This document shows positions 1 to 9,004 of a stretch of 64,000 bases of DNA, one piece after another. Every line of letters starts with the position of its first letter. Within the stretch, counting starts at the first letter, position 1. Below the pieces are notes generated by a model that searched no databases, had not been told where the DNA came from, and saw only the letters and a program-made list of their open reading frames with translations. The stretch comes from Acidobacteriota bacterium. GTDB lineage: Bacteria; Acidobacteriota; UBA6911; RPQK01; JAJDTT01. The stretch covers positions 992,001-1,056,000 of the forward strand of contig CBDCJH010000002.1 of assembly GCA_965217775.1 (NCBI GenBank), in the 5' to 3' direction. Position numbers and translations under genes: made by a program.

Positions 1-946
1 CGAGGTCCGGCAGCAGCTTGAAACCCAGGCTCCAATGCGCGTCGTCCGACTTGTAGTCGCCTGGGACCCGGCTCCCGTCGCCTGCCCGGTAGTCGTTGCC
101 CTGCCGCCGGTTGTAGAGCAGATGGAGCCGCATCCACTCGTTCCCGCCCCAGAACAGGCCATGTCCGTCCTGGTTGACGGCATTTTGTCCGTAGCGGTAG
201 CCGAGCCGGCCATGGAACCGGCTGCCGCCGGTGAAGAATGGAGGCCGGAAGGTCTGTACCTGGATTCCGCTCAGAACCCCGGCCCCCCAACCCAGGGCGT
301 AAGGCCCCTTGACCACACGAATGGACCGGACGGCGTGGGGGCTGACATGGCTCATGTCCGAGTCCATGCGGGCGGGACCGGCGGCAAAGGTCCGGGTCCC
401 GTCCACGAAGGTTCCGATCTGGTTTTCCTGCAGGCCCCGAATGTTCGGTTCCAGGTTGATGGGTCCTCGCCGGACTGCAGCCGTGCCCGGCTCGCCCCGG
501 AGGAGCTCGGCCAGGTCCTGACTCTCTTGACGGTCGATCTTGCCACTGCCGACAGCCAGCTCGCGGTGCATCCGGGGAGCACTCGCCCTGACCTCCAAAT
601 GTTGCGTGGCGGTATCCACCTCCAGCCGCACCAGCAATTCCTGGGGCTCATCCCCCAGAAGCCACGTCCTTTGGTAGATCTGAAATCCGGGCACCCTGAC
701 CCTCAACGAATAGCGTCCCGGTTTCAGGCGGACCCGAAACTCGCCTCGATCATCGGTGAAGCGGGCCTCCACCGGTCGGCCGGAACGGAGGGCCTTCACT
801 TCGGCGCCTGGAATGGGATAGCCGTGAGGGTCCAGGACCCGGCCCTCGAACAATACGGGCTCGGTTTCCGCGGCCGGGAGCATCCCTCCCGCCGCCGCCA
901 TGCAGGCGAGCGGGAGCCAGACCGCGGTGCCAATAAGTTGGCGCAT
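1..946 (-). CDS. TonB-dependent receptor, OprC/NosA-like copper-receptor clade (5' part; runs off window edge)
   Basis: Not in the ORF track because it has no stop in the window. Manual translation from ATG at 946 (RBS AGGAGG at 952-957): MRQLIGTAVWLPLACMAAGG signal peptide, carboxypeptidase-regulatory-like domain (GRVLDPHGYPIPGAEV), plug with RRGPINLEPNIRG...FAAGPARMDSDMSHV...IRVVKGPYALGWG. Confidence 0.85.
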   Translation of the reverse strand, partial: MRQLIGTAVWLPLACMAAAGGMLPAAETEPVLFEGRVLDPHGYPIPGAEVKALRSGRPVEARFTDDRGEFRVRLKPGRYSLRVRVPGFQIYQRTWLLGDEPQELLVRLEVDTATQHLEVRASAPRMHRELAVGSGKIDRQESQDLAELLRGEPGTAAVRRGPINLEPNIRGLQENQIGTFVDGTRTFAAGPARMDSDMSHVSPHAVRSIRVVKGPYALGWGAGVLSGIQVQTFRPPFFTGGSRFHGRLGYRYGQNAVNQDGHGLFWGGNEWMRLHLLYNRRQGNDYRAGDGSRVPGDYKSDDAHWSLGFKLLPDL

Positions 947-948
947 AC

Positions 949-1083
949 GATCCTCCTTGTGGTATCGCACGCTCAGAAGAGACGGGGACCCCGGTGGGCG
1001 CGCAGATGTCACTCCGGCCGTCGGGGACCCGAAATCGTCGTACTGCTGTCGTCGAATCAGGAAGAGCGGCGTGGAGGAGGATC
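949..1083 (-). promoter_or_regulatory. Putative anti-SD/SD helix coupling leader-ORF translation to receptor translation
   Basis: On the mRNA, GATCCTCCT (leader codons D-P-P, 1083-1075) is exactly complementary to AGGAGGATC (receptor SD region, 957-949). A nested CACGC/GCGTG helix and an inner GACGG/CCGTC hairpin are also possible. Confidence 0.55.
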
Positions 1084-1455
1084 TTCTACGGCTGGCGGGA
1101 TCAGGGGTGTCGGTAAGGGAGTTTCCTGGTGAAGACCGGAGTCAAAGTCTTCGGAACCGGTCCAAACCGGAGAGAGGAAGACCGCCTTCAGGTTCATGAA
1201 ACCAATGAGCTCGGGCTCAGCTCCGCAGTCGGAGACGAACCGGAGCGCGTCCGGCTTCCGCACCGGCCGGGCGCAGGCCCGATGACGGTTGTCCGGGTTC
1301 TTCAACTGCTTCAAGCACAGGTCCGGGCAGCAGCAGACGCTCCCATGAGTCGGGCAGACCGAAGCCGCCGGCTCGCTCTCCGTTTCTTGAACCACCCAGA
1401 CCATGGGGCTGGTGGCCAGGACGAACAAGAGCGTAGAGCTGGCCAGGGTCTTCAC
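1057..1455 (-). CDS. Small exported Cys-rich leader protein, CutF/CruR (DUF2946)-like, with C-terminal Pro-rich arrest-type motif
   Basis: N-terminal hydrophobic segment; 7 Cys including CPTHGSVCCCPDLC; C-terminus PPAVEDPPPRRSS; ends 110 nt upstream of the receptor on the same strand. Confidence 0.7.
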   Translation of the reverse strand: MKTLASSTLLFVLATSPMVWVVQETESEPAASVCPTHGSVCCCPDLCLKQLKNPDNRHRACARPVRKPDALRFVSDCGAEPELIGFMNLKAVFLSPVWTGSEDFDSGLHQETPLPTPLIPPAVEDPPPRRSS

Positions 1456-1556
1456 AAAGTCAGAGTACGCCGAACCGAACCTGGGCGCAATGAGGAAGAG
1501 GGGAAGGGAAGGAAAGAGGAGATAGTAGAGAGTGGGCAGATACGGGGACGGTCAAT

Positions 1557-2957
1557 TCAGCCGTGGCGGACCCAGCGAACGATCTCGGGGAGGCTGGCGC
1601 GCTGTCCCCGCATCAGGATTCCCACTCGATAGATCCGCCCGGACATCCAGACGGCGGCCGCCACAGCCGCGGCCAACAGGACCAGGGAGAGCATCCACTG
1701 CCAGAGCGGGACTCCGGTGGAGAAGAGCCGGGACGGCATCACCACAGCGTTGAAAGGAGGGACCATCGACAGCATCACGGCCCATCTGTTGTTGGGACTC
1801 TCCATCAGCAAGGGGCCCGCGATGAGGGAGATCATGCTCACGAAGACGATGGGCGTCACCGCCTGTTGGGCGTCCTGAAGGTCACTGACCGTGGCCCCGA
1901 CGGCGGCGAAAACCGAGGTATAGAGAAGGTAGCCGAGCAGGAAGAAAAGGAGAGCGGGGACCATGCTGTCCCATGGGATCGAGCCCGAAATCCGGTCGAT
2001 GTCCGCCAACTCGGCAGCATCACCTGGGAGAGGGCCGGGGCCGCCGGAAGCGGGGATAGTGGAGGGGAAACTTGGCAATCCGCCGCGGGTGAGAACGTAG
2101 CCCGCCGCGGCCGCCAACATCAGCGCCCAGATTCCAATCTGAGCCAGGGCCATGGCGCCGCACCCCAATATCTTCCCCAGCATCAGTTCCCAGGGGCGTA
2201 ACGACGATGCCAGGATTTCGACGATGTTCGATTGCTTGTCCTCGATGGTCGACATCAGGACCATCTGCCCGTAAGCTACCAGGAGCATGAAAAAGACGTA
2301 GACGATACCCATGCTGGCAACGGTCTGTATGGTCTGGGAGCGGCTATCGCCCGTTTCGGTGACGTTGACGGTATTCAATCGAGGTCGGCGCAGCAGCTCT
2401 CGAGCGTCTACCGCTTCGACTCCCGCCGCTTGGAGACGCGTCTGCAAGAGGGCGCGTTGGAGCGCGTTTCGGACCGATCTTCGGGTTGCCGACGGCACCC
2501 TGTCCTTGCCCAGCAGGGTGGCGGCCACCCGGTCCTCCGCGTCATCCGTCTCCCGGTTCTGCGCCGGCTCCCGTCGATTCGGGGTGCGGACCACCCCCTC
2601 TGAAACGGCGACTCCCGACGGTAGAATCAGCAGGTAGTCGAACGGCGCCGACAGGAATCGTTCCCTGATCGTGGGGACAGGGAGAGGTTCCATGTCGCTC
2701 ACCCTCGACGCCGCAACGGAACCGTCATTCAACTCCTCCACCAGGAGATTCGCTACGATTCCATCGGCGTCCACGACGCCAATGGTCTTCCCCTTCTCGG
2801 AGTCCTCGACGTCCCGCATGGCGAAAACGATCAGGAATGCCACCCCGACCATGATCACCGGCATTCCGATGGTGCCCAGGATGAACCACTTGGTCTTGAC
2901 GCGTTGCATGAACTCCCGGACCGCAACTGCCAGGACGTTCGGCGTAAACGGGTTCAT
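1557..2957 (-). CDS. ABC-2 type transporter permease (NatB/YhaP-like)
   Basis: N-terminal TM helix, large extracytoplasmic loop, EDKQSNIVEILASS...LMLGKILG motif, several C-terminal TM helices; 4-bp overlap with the ATPase gene. Confidence 0.9.
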   Translation of the reverse strand: MNPFTPNVLAVAVREFMQRVKTKWFILGTIGMPVIMVGVAFLIVFAMRDVEDSEKGKTIGVVDADGIVANLLVEELNDGSVAASRVSDMEPLPVPTIRERFLSAPFDYLLILPSGVAVSEGVVRTPNRREPAQNRETDDAEDRVAATLLGKDRVPSATRRSVRNALQRALLQTRLQAAGVEAVDARELLRRPRLNTVNVTETGDSRSQTIQTVASMGIVYVFFMLLVAYGQMVLMSTIEDKQSNIVEILASSLRPWELMLGKILGCGAMALAQIGIWALMLAAAAGYVLTRGGLPSFPSTIPASGGPGPLPGDAAELADIDRISGSIPWDSMVPALLFFLLGYLLYTSVFAAVGATVSDLQDAQQAVTPIVFVSMISLIAGPLLMESPNNRWAVMLSMVPPFNAVVMPSRLFSTGVPLWQWMLSLVLLAAAVAAAVWMSGRIYRVGILMRGQRASLPEIVRWVRHG

Positions 2958-3910
2958 CTTCCGGTCCCCTCGCCGGCCACGGGGGCGTCACTCGCCGACA
3001 GGCCGGCCGCCTCGGCCTTCTCCATGAAGATCTCTCGCAGTGAGGGTTCCGTCAGTTCGAAACGTGAAATCCTCACCCCAGACTCCAGGGCCCCGCGGAG
3101 CAGCGCCTGTGGGTCGGCGCCTGCCTGGAGCCGAACTTCCACGTAACCACCCTGGTCGGCTGCCCGTTCCACCAGGCCGGGCGCCGCCAGGAACTCGCTG
3201 CTCCCCTCGAAGGCGATGGCCAGATCCCGCCGCCCGGAGGCCGCCTTCAAGTCGCTCACCTTCCCGTCCAGGACCTTGTTGGCGCCGGCGATCATGCACA
3301 CCCGGTCACAGAGACGCTCGGCGTCTTCGATCATGTGGGTCGATAGGAGTACGGTCGCTCCCGCCCGGCGCCGCTCCAGGACCAACCGTTTGAAGAGCTC
3401 CACGTTGAGTGGGTCCAGTCCGCTGAACGGCTCGTCCAGGACCAGCAGCTCCGGCTCGTGGAGGATCGTGGCCAGAAGCTGGACCTTCTGCTGCATTCCC
3501 TTGGAGAGAGTTTCCACCCTGTCCCGGGCGCGCTCGCCGAGCCCGACCTCCTCAAGTCCGGTGCGAGCCCGTTGCATGGCGTCCCGTCTGCCCAGTCCCT
3601 TGAGCACACCCAGGAATACGAGGTGGTCGATGACCCGCATCTTGGGATACAGCCCGCGCTCTTCCGGGAGGTAGCCGATGCGCAGGCGGGTCGATTGGAG
3701 GTCGGTGGTGCCCAACACCTCGACGGTCCCATTGTCGGGACCGATGATGTCGAGAATGATGCGCAGCAGAGTGGTCTTGCCGGCGCCGTTGGGACCGATC
3801 AACCCGCAAATGGTGTTCCGCGGCGTTTCCAGATCCACGCCGTCAAGAGCCGTCTTCTTGCCGTAGTGTTTCCTGATGCCCCGAAGACGGAGGGCGGAAC
3901 CGTTCGCCAT
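2954..3910 (-). CDS. ABC transporter ATP-binding protein (YhaQ-like, C-terminal DUF4162-type domain)
   Basis: Walker A GPNGAGKT, signature LSKGMQQK, Walker B LVLDEPFSGLDP, C-terminal EPSLREIF. Confidence 0.93.
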   Translation of the reverse strand: MANGSALRLRGIRKHYGKKTALDGVDLETPRNTICGLIGPNGAGKTTLLRIILDIIGPDNGTVEVLGTTDLQSTRLRIGYLPEERGLYPKMRVIDHLVFLGVLKGLGRRDAMQRARTGLEEVGLGERARDRVETLSKGMQQKVQLLATILHEPELLVLDEPFSGLDPLNVELFKRLVLERRRAGATVLLSTHMIEDAERLCDRVCMIAGANKVLDGKVSDLKAASGRRDLAIAFEGSSEFLAAPGLVERAADQGGYVEVRLQAGADPQALLRGALESGVRISRFELTEPSLREIFMEKAEAAGLSASDAPVAGEGTGR

Positions 3911-3974
3911 ACGGACACGATAACAATTCCCGTCGAGACGCCGCCACCGGGACCCGGTTTGGAATTCAGGCTAG

Positions 3975-4132
3975 CAGCCCGTGGCAAAAGTCGTCACGGC
4001 ATTCGACCGTCCCTGCATCCCGGCGGACTGCGTTGCGACTCGGTCACATACCCCGGTATGCTCCCTCCGAAGCGCCTTGTCCGGCGGGCGCAGGAACGGT
4101 CTCGGTGCTCGCGGGACTTTCACCACGGACTG
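3975..4132. mobile_element. 158-bp MITE-like element, copy 1
   Basis: Imperfect terminal IRs CAGCCCGTGGCAAAAGTC / GACTTTCACCACGGACTG; flanked on both sides by CTAG (3971-3974, 4133-4136); near-identical copy at 48383-48540; no coding capacity. Confidence 0.8.
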
Positions 4133-4190
4133 CTAGAATAAGTCCGAAACCGACACCAAACGAACACCCGACTTCGGCGGAGGATCCGCG

Positions 4191-6701
4191 ATGAATTCTA
4201 GCGCCCGACGGATGCTGGTTCCGATCCTGTTCCTACTCTTTTTCTCCCGGGAGGTGGTTCCTCAGATTTCGTCCGCGCCCATCGATCTGGCTCCCTATCG
4301 GGTCCAACGGGGCGATCAGGAAGCGGACCCCACCGGATTCCAGTTGAATTTTGCGGGAGAGGCCGGCCATCGGCTCCAATTTCACTACGCCGCGGCGGAA
4401 CCCGTGGAGCTGGAGGTGTCGGTGGGGTTTCCTGCAGGCGGGGCTCGCACCGAAAGACGGCTTCTGGACCCCGGAGCGGAAGACGCTGCGGCCGGCTTCG
4501 ATCTGGGTCCCCTACTGGGTCACGGACCCTACCGGCCACTTCCTGCCCCCAGCCACAAGGGGCCCCAGGAGAGGGTCCGGGGATATTTGCGAACCGGCTG
4601 GTGGATCGACACCCACGACCCGGGCAACTACCTCTTGACCGTCAAGGGAAGACGGGTCCGGGACGGCGTGCTCCTGTTCTCCAACGACTTCCGACTCCCG
4701 GTTCAGACCTGGATCGGAGCGGATCCGGACCGCTTGGCCTATATCGACGACAACGCCGCCGAGGTGGAACTCTGGCTCAAGAAAGGCGCGCCGGTCCGGG
4801 AACTGGCGGTGGAGGTCGATCTCGTGGAAGCCCGCACCGGGCGCGTGCGATCACCCGCCACCGCAGTCAGGCTCACCCCAGACAAGGCAAACGTGGCCTT
4901 CGATCTGACCGGCCTGAAGGCGGCCACCTATCACGTGCGGGTGAGGCCTCGGGTGGACGGCCGGCTCTGGGAGGACGGACCCCGCCGGGCGTTGTACCTG
5001 CACCGGAACGGGCCGGCCCCGAGACCGGAACCGCCCCTTGAGATCCCGGTGGCTCCCCAACTGTTCGTGGACGACTTTCTGATCGAGGACCAGCGGAATC
5101 TTCGTAGGATCTTCCATCCGGCCCGCAAGCTGGACCATCGGCCCCTGATCCGGCCCGACCGTCCTTGGGAGGGTCATTCAGTCATGCTGCCCGACGGCGC
5201 CGTCCCTGTCTTCAACCGGGAGCAACAACGGTACGAGTTGGAATATATGAGCGCGACCCGTTACCGGCTTCTGGCGGTGTCCAGCGACGGAGTCCGTTGG
5301 ACCAAACCGGAGCTGGGGCTGGTGGAGTTCCAAGGTTCCCGGGCCAACAACATCCTGGAGAAGATGCCGTCCCGGGGCCATGTGGGGGAAGAGGGCGAGT
5401 TCGGGGGGCTGTGGGACTATAGAACCCGTGGCACGCCCGATTTGCGGACCGCCACCCGGGTCGGCAGTCCCAAGTACCCGGACATGGAGTTTCAGCCGGG
5501 AACTTACCTGATGGTCCGGGACTCGGAGGGGGTCGGGTATCTCACGACGGAGCGGCCTTTCATGAGGCGTCACCTGCAGGTGGAGACGCTGGACAGCCCC
5601 ACCGACAACCTGGGCCCCATGTTCTACGACGAGCGGACCGGTGAGCTGGTGCTCTATTTCGCCGCTCATCCTCCGTCCATGGGACGGGCGTTGGTGCGCT
5701 ACGACAACAAGTGGGCCGTCTCGCGGAACCTGGGGCGGTTGACCACGCGCGACGGGGTGAACTGGAACCGGAGCTATATCTGGGCGCCGCCGCGGGAGCA
5801 CCCGAAGCACCAGAGCTACGGGATGCAGCGGGTGAAGCGGATCGGCGACCTCTACGTCGCCTTCTTTCCACTCTACGACTGCGGAACTCAACGGATGGCA
5901 ATCCACCTTTGGGTGAGCCGCAACGGGATCCACTGGGAGGATCTGGGAGGAGACCGGGCCTGGATTCCCAACGGACCCGACGGCAGCTTCGATTACGGGA
6001 TTGTCTACGGTTTCGCAGAGGGCTCAGAAGAGGGAGACCGTTCCGTCGGTTTGTACCACGGCACCAATACCCTGCACGTCAACGCCTGGATCCGGGACAA
6101 ACTGGTGGGCGGCGGGCCGGGCGACACCCCGATTCCCGCCTCCGGGATATTCAATGACGTGCAATACAACGGCCGGCCCTATCTTTCCTCGCCGGCGCCA
6201 GTGGGGCCGGCGTGGGCTCTTTACGAATGCATTTGGAGTTGGCGGCGGCCCCATTGCAGCCAGACGGTGGAGGAAGTTCGCCAAGGCTTCTGGGCGGAGC
6301 TCGAGGCCAATACGGGTCAGACCCGGGAGGACCATATCGAAAAGAGCCGGGTGTTCCAGATCGCTCCCGCCCAAGTGGAGTACCGCACCAATGGATTCGC
6401 GTCGAGGCGGGCCGGTGAGCGGGAGGGCGTGCTGACGACCCATCCGCTGGTTTTTCAGGGGAGCCGGTTGACGGTCAACGCGGCGGCCACCAAGGGCCGC
6501 GTCGGTGTGGAGATCCTGGACGAAGCCGGGCGGCCGATGGCCGGTTACCGCCGGAACGAGTGCCTGCTCACCGCCTTCGACAGCACTCGGCAAGAAGTGA
6601 CCTGGAGAGAAAAACCGGATCTGGCTTCGTTGCGAGGCCGGCCGGTTCGGCTCCGCTTCTACCTGCAGCACGCTGACCTGTACGGCTTCCGGATTCGATA
6701 G
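4191..6701 (+). CDS. Secreted GH32/GH43-like five-bladed beta-propeller protein with N-terminal extension
   Basis: Signal peptide; QLFVDD, SSDGVRWTKPELG, SRNGIHW, GSFDYG motifs; C-terminal beta-sandwich (GVLTTHPLVFQGSRLTVN...GRPVRLRFYLQHADLYGF); RBS GGAGG. Confidence 0.75.
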   Translation: MNSSARRMLVPILFLLFFSREVVPQISSAPIDLAPYRVQRGDQEADPTGFQLNFAGEAGHRLQFHYAAAEPVELEVSVGFPAGGARTERRLLDPGAEDAAAGFDLGPLLGHGPYRPLPAPSHKGPQERVRGYLRTGWWIDTHDPGNYLLTVKGRRVRDGVLLFSNDFRLPVQTWIGADPDRLAYIDDNAAEVELWLKKGAPVRELAVEVDLVEARTGRVRSPATAVRLTPDKANVAFDLTGLKAATYHVRVRPRVDGRLWEDGPRRALYLHRNGPAPRPEPPLEIPVAPQLFVDDFLIEDQRNLRRIFHPARKLDHRPLIRPDRPWEGHSVMLPDGAVPVFNREQQRYELEYMSATRYRLLAVSSDGVRWTKPELGLVEFQGSRANNILEKMPSRGHVGEEGEFGGLWDYRTRGTPDLRTATRVGSPKYPDMEFQPGTYLMVRDSEGVGYLTTERPFMRRHLQVETLDSPTDNLGPMFYDERTGELVLYFAAHPPSMGRALVRYDNKWAVSRNLGRLTTRDGVNWNRSYIWAPPREHPKHQSYGMQRVKRIGDLYVAFFPLYDCGTQRMAIHLWVSRNGIHWEDLGGDRAWIPNGPDGSFDYGIVYGFAEGSEEGDRSVGLYHGTNTLHVNAWIRDKLVGGGPGDTPIPASGIFNDVQYNGRPYLSSPAPVGPAWALYECIWSWRRPHCSQTVEEVRQGFWAELEANTGQTREDHIEKSRVFQIAPAQVEYRTNGFASRRAGEREGVLTTHPLVFQGSRLTVNAAATKGRVGVEILDEAGRPMAGYRRNECLLTAFDSTRQEVTWREKPDLASLRGRPVRLRFYLQHADLYGFRIR

Positions 6702-6708
6702 GCAGATC

Positions 6709-7497
6709 TTGTCCCAAAACAGTCACGACGCAATCATCTCCATGCAACGGGTCCGGAAGTCGTATGGAGATCTTCTGGTGTTGGACGACCTCGATCTCCA
6801 GGTACCCTCCTCCCAGAAGCTGGCCCTGATCGGACCCAGCGGTTCCGGGAAATCGACCATTCTCCGCATCCTCATGACCTTGGAGCGCGTGGACTCGGGC
6901 CAGGTGCTCATCGATGGCCAGGCGGTCTGGGAGCGGGACCACCGGGGACGGCAGGTTCCTGCCGGATCTCGCCACCTGAGGGAGATTCGGAGCAAGGTGG
7001 GAATGGTCTTCCAGCAGTTCAATCTGTTTCCCCACATGACCGTGCTGAAGAACCTGACGGTGGCGCCCATGCGGGTCCTGGGCCTGTCCCAGGAAACGGC
7101 TCGGGAGCGTGCTCTGGCCCTGCTGAAGAAGGTCGGCCTGCTGGACAAGATCGATGCTTATCCGGCGCAGCTCTCGGGAGGTCAGAAACAGCGGGTGGCC
7201 ATCGCCCGGGCCCTGGCGATGCAGCCCCGGATCATGCTCTTCGACGAGGTCACATCGGCGCTCGACCCCGAGTTGGTGGGCGAGGTGCTTCAGGTGTTGG
7301 AAATGTTGGCCCAGGAGAGCGACATCACCATGTTGATCGTGACCCACCACATGGGTTTTGCCCAGGACATCGCCGACCGGGTCGTTTTCCTGGACCAGGG
7401 ACGGATCGTGGAGGACGCGGCTCCCGGGATCATCTTCTCCCAGCCGCGGGAAGCCCGGACGCAAAAGTTTCTGGGGAGCATCCTGGCCGCCCGGTGA
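6709..7497 (+). CDS. ehuA: Ectoine/hydroxyectoine (polar amino acid) ABC transporter ATP-binding protein
   Basis: LIGPSGSGKSTILRILMTLE, LSGGQKQRVAIARALAM and FDEVTSALDPELVGEVL match the EhuA subfamily; TTG start 7 nt after the upstream stop. Confidence 0.85.
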   Translation: MSQNSHDAIISMQRVRKSYGDLLVLDDLDLQVPSSQKLALIGPSGSGKSTILRILMTLERVDSGQVLIDGQAVWERDHRGRQVPAGSRHLREIRSKVGMVFQQFNLFPHMTVLKNLTVAPMRVLGLSQETARERALALLKKVGLLDKIDAYPAQLSGGQKQRVAIARALAMQPRIMLFDEVTSALDPELVGEVLQVLEMLAQESDITMLIVTHHMGFAQDIADRVVFLDQGRIVEDAAPGIIFSQPREARTQKFLGSILAAR

Positions 7498-7556
7498 GGA
7501 AAGAGGAAGGTGAGGAAAGAGGGTTGCCGCGCCACGGGGCGCGGTATGGAGCGCGG

Positions 7557-9002
7557 TTACACCAATAGTTTTTCGATGACCCGGCCGGCCACGTCGGTGA
7601 GCCGGAACTCCCGTCCCATGTAACGGTAGGTGAGCCGAGTGTGGTCGAGCCCGAGGCAGTGCAGCAGGGTGGCCTGCAGATCGTGGATGTGGATCGGATC
7701 CTCTTCGATCCGGATCCCGAAGTCGTCGGTTCGCCCCACCACCTGGCCTCCCCGGATTCCCCCTCCGGCTATCCAGAGGCTGTAGGCGGAGGGCTGGTGG
7801 TCCCGGCCTGCATAGCTGGCGTCTTCGGGGGTTCTCAGCTCCACCATGGGCGTTCGCCCGAACTCGCCGCCCCAGACCACCAGGGTCTCCTCCAGCAAGC
7901 CCCGCCGTTTCAGGTCCTTGAGCAGGGCCGCCGTGGGCCGGTCGATCTTGCGGGCCCGTTTGGGGAGCTTCTTGTTGATCTCGGTGTGATCGTCCCAGCC
8001 GTGGTCCATCATCAGGACGAAACGGACGCCCCGCTCCACCATGCGGCGAGCCAGCACGCAGTTGGCCGCGAACTGACGCTCCGCTTCGTCCGCACGGTCG
8101 AGGCCGTAAAGTTCCCGGATCTCGGCCGGTTCGGAAGAGAGATCGGTCAACTCCGGAGCCGCGGTCTGCATCCGGAACGCCAGCTCGTAGTTGGAGATGC
8201 GAGAGGCGATCTCGGCGTCGCCGGTGGACTCCCGATGTTGTTGGTTCAGATCCCGAATCAGGTCCAACGAAGCCCGCTGGGTGGAATGACTGATCCCGGG
8301 TGGGTTGCCCAGGTAGAGAATCGGGTCTCCCGACTGGCGAAAGACCGTCCCCTGGTAGTGGGAGGGCAGGAAGCCGCTGGCGAAATTGGTCGACCCGCCG
8401 CTGGTGCCCCCGGGACCGGAAGTCAGGACCACGAATCCGGGCAGGTTCCTGGACTCGCTCCCCAGGCCGTAGGCGATCCAGGCGCCGAGGCTGGGACGGC
8501 CCATCTGGATGGTTCCGGTGAAGAGCAGCAACTGGCCCGGATGATGGTTGAAGGAGTCGGTGTGCATGGAACGGACCAGGCTGATGTCGTCGGCGCAGGA
8601 GCCGATGTGGGGGATCCACTCCGAGAGCTCCATGCCGCACCGGCCGTAGCGCCGGAAAGGAACGGAGCTGGCCAGGATCGACGCCGAAGGCTGGATGAAC
8701 GCGAATTCCAGGCCTTCGGTCTGGGATTCGGGAAGAGGTCTGCCGTGGTATTGGTTGAGAGCCGGTTTGGGATCGAAGAGTTCGTACTGGCTGGGACCGC
8801 CCTCCATGAACATGAAGATGAAATTCTTGGCCTTGGGTGCGAAGTGGGGAGCCGCCGGCCGCAGGGGACCGCCCGGAGTGGGGGCGGCGGTCAGGCCGTC
8901 GAGGGTGAGCAGGTCGGCCAGAGCCATCACGCCGATTCCGGAAGCGCAGTTCTGCAGGAAGTCCCGGCGGCCCTGGAGGGCACGAAGTTGAAAGGGAGTC
9001 AT
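7557..9002 (-). CDS. DUF1501 domain-containing protein (Tat-like RR leader)
   Basis: Start MTPFQLRALQGRRDFLQ; [43 protein letters not shown]. The longer 736-aa ORF call extends upstream into the neighbouring gene. Confidence 0.9.
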   Translation of the reverse strand: MTPFQLRALQGRRDFLQNCASGIGVMALADLLTLDGLTAAPTPGGPLRPAAPHFAPKAKNFIFMFMEGGPSQYELFDPKPALNQYHGRPLPESQTEGLEFAFIQPSASILASSVPFRRYGRCGMELSEWIPHIGSCADDISLVRSMHTDSFNHHPGQLLLFTGTIQMGRPSLGAWIAYGLGSESRNLPGFVVLTSGPGGTSGGSTNFASGFLPSHYQGTVFRQSGDPILYLGNPPGISHSTQRASLDLIRDLNQQHRESTGDAEIASRISNYELAFRMQTAAPELTDLSSEPAEIRELYGLDRADEAERQFAANCVLARRMVERGVRFVLMMDHGWDDHTEINKKLPKRARKIDRPTAALLKDLKRRGLLEETLVVWGGEFGRTPMVELRTPEDASYAGRDHQPSAYSLWIAGGGIRGGQVVGRTDDFGIRIEEDPIHIHDLQATLLHCLGLDHTRLTYRYMGREFRLTDVAGRVIEKLLV

Positions 9003-9004
9003 CT

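Noticed and set aside
35-1132. 365-aa plus-strand ORF
   Set aside because: Antisense shadow of the minus-strand TonB receptor and leader genes, which have a signal peptide, RBS and family motifs.
1490-1535. Purine-rich tract upstream of the leader ORF
   Set aside because: No repeat unit or clear structure; could be a Rho-loading or promoter region but is unsupported.
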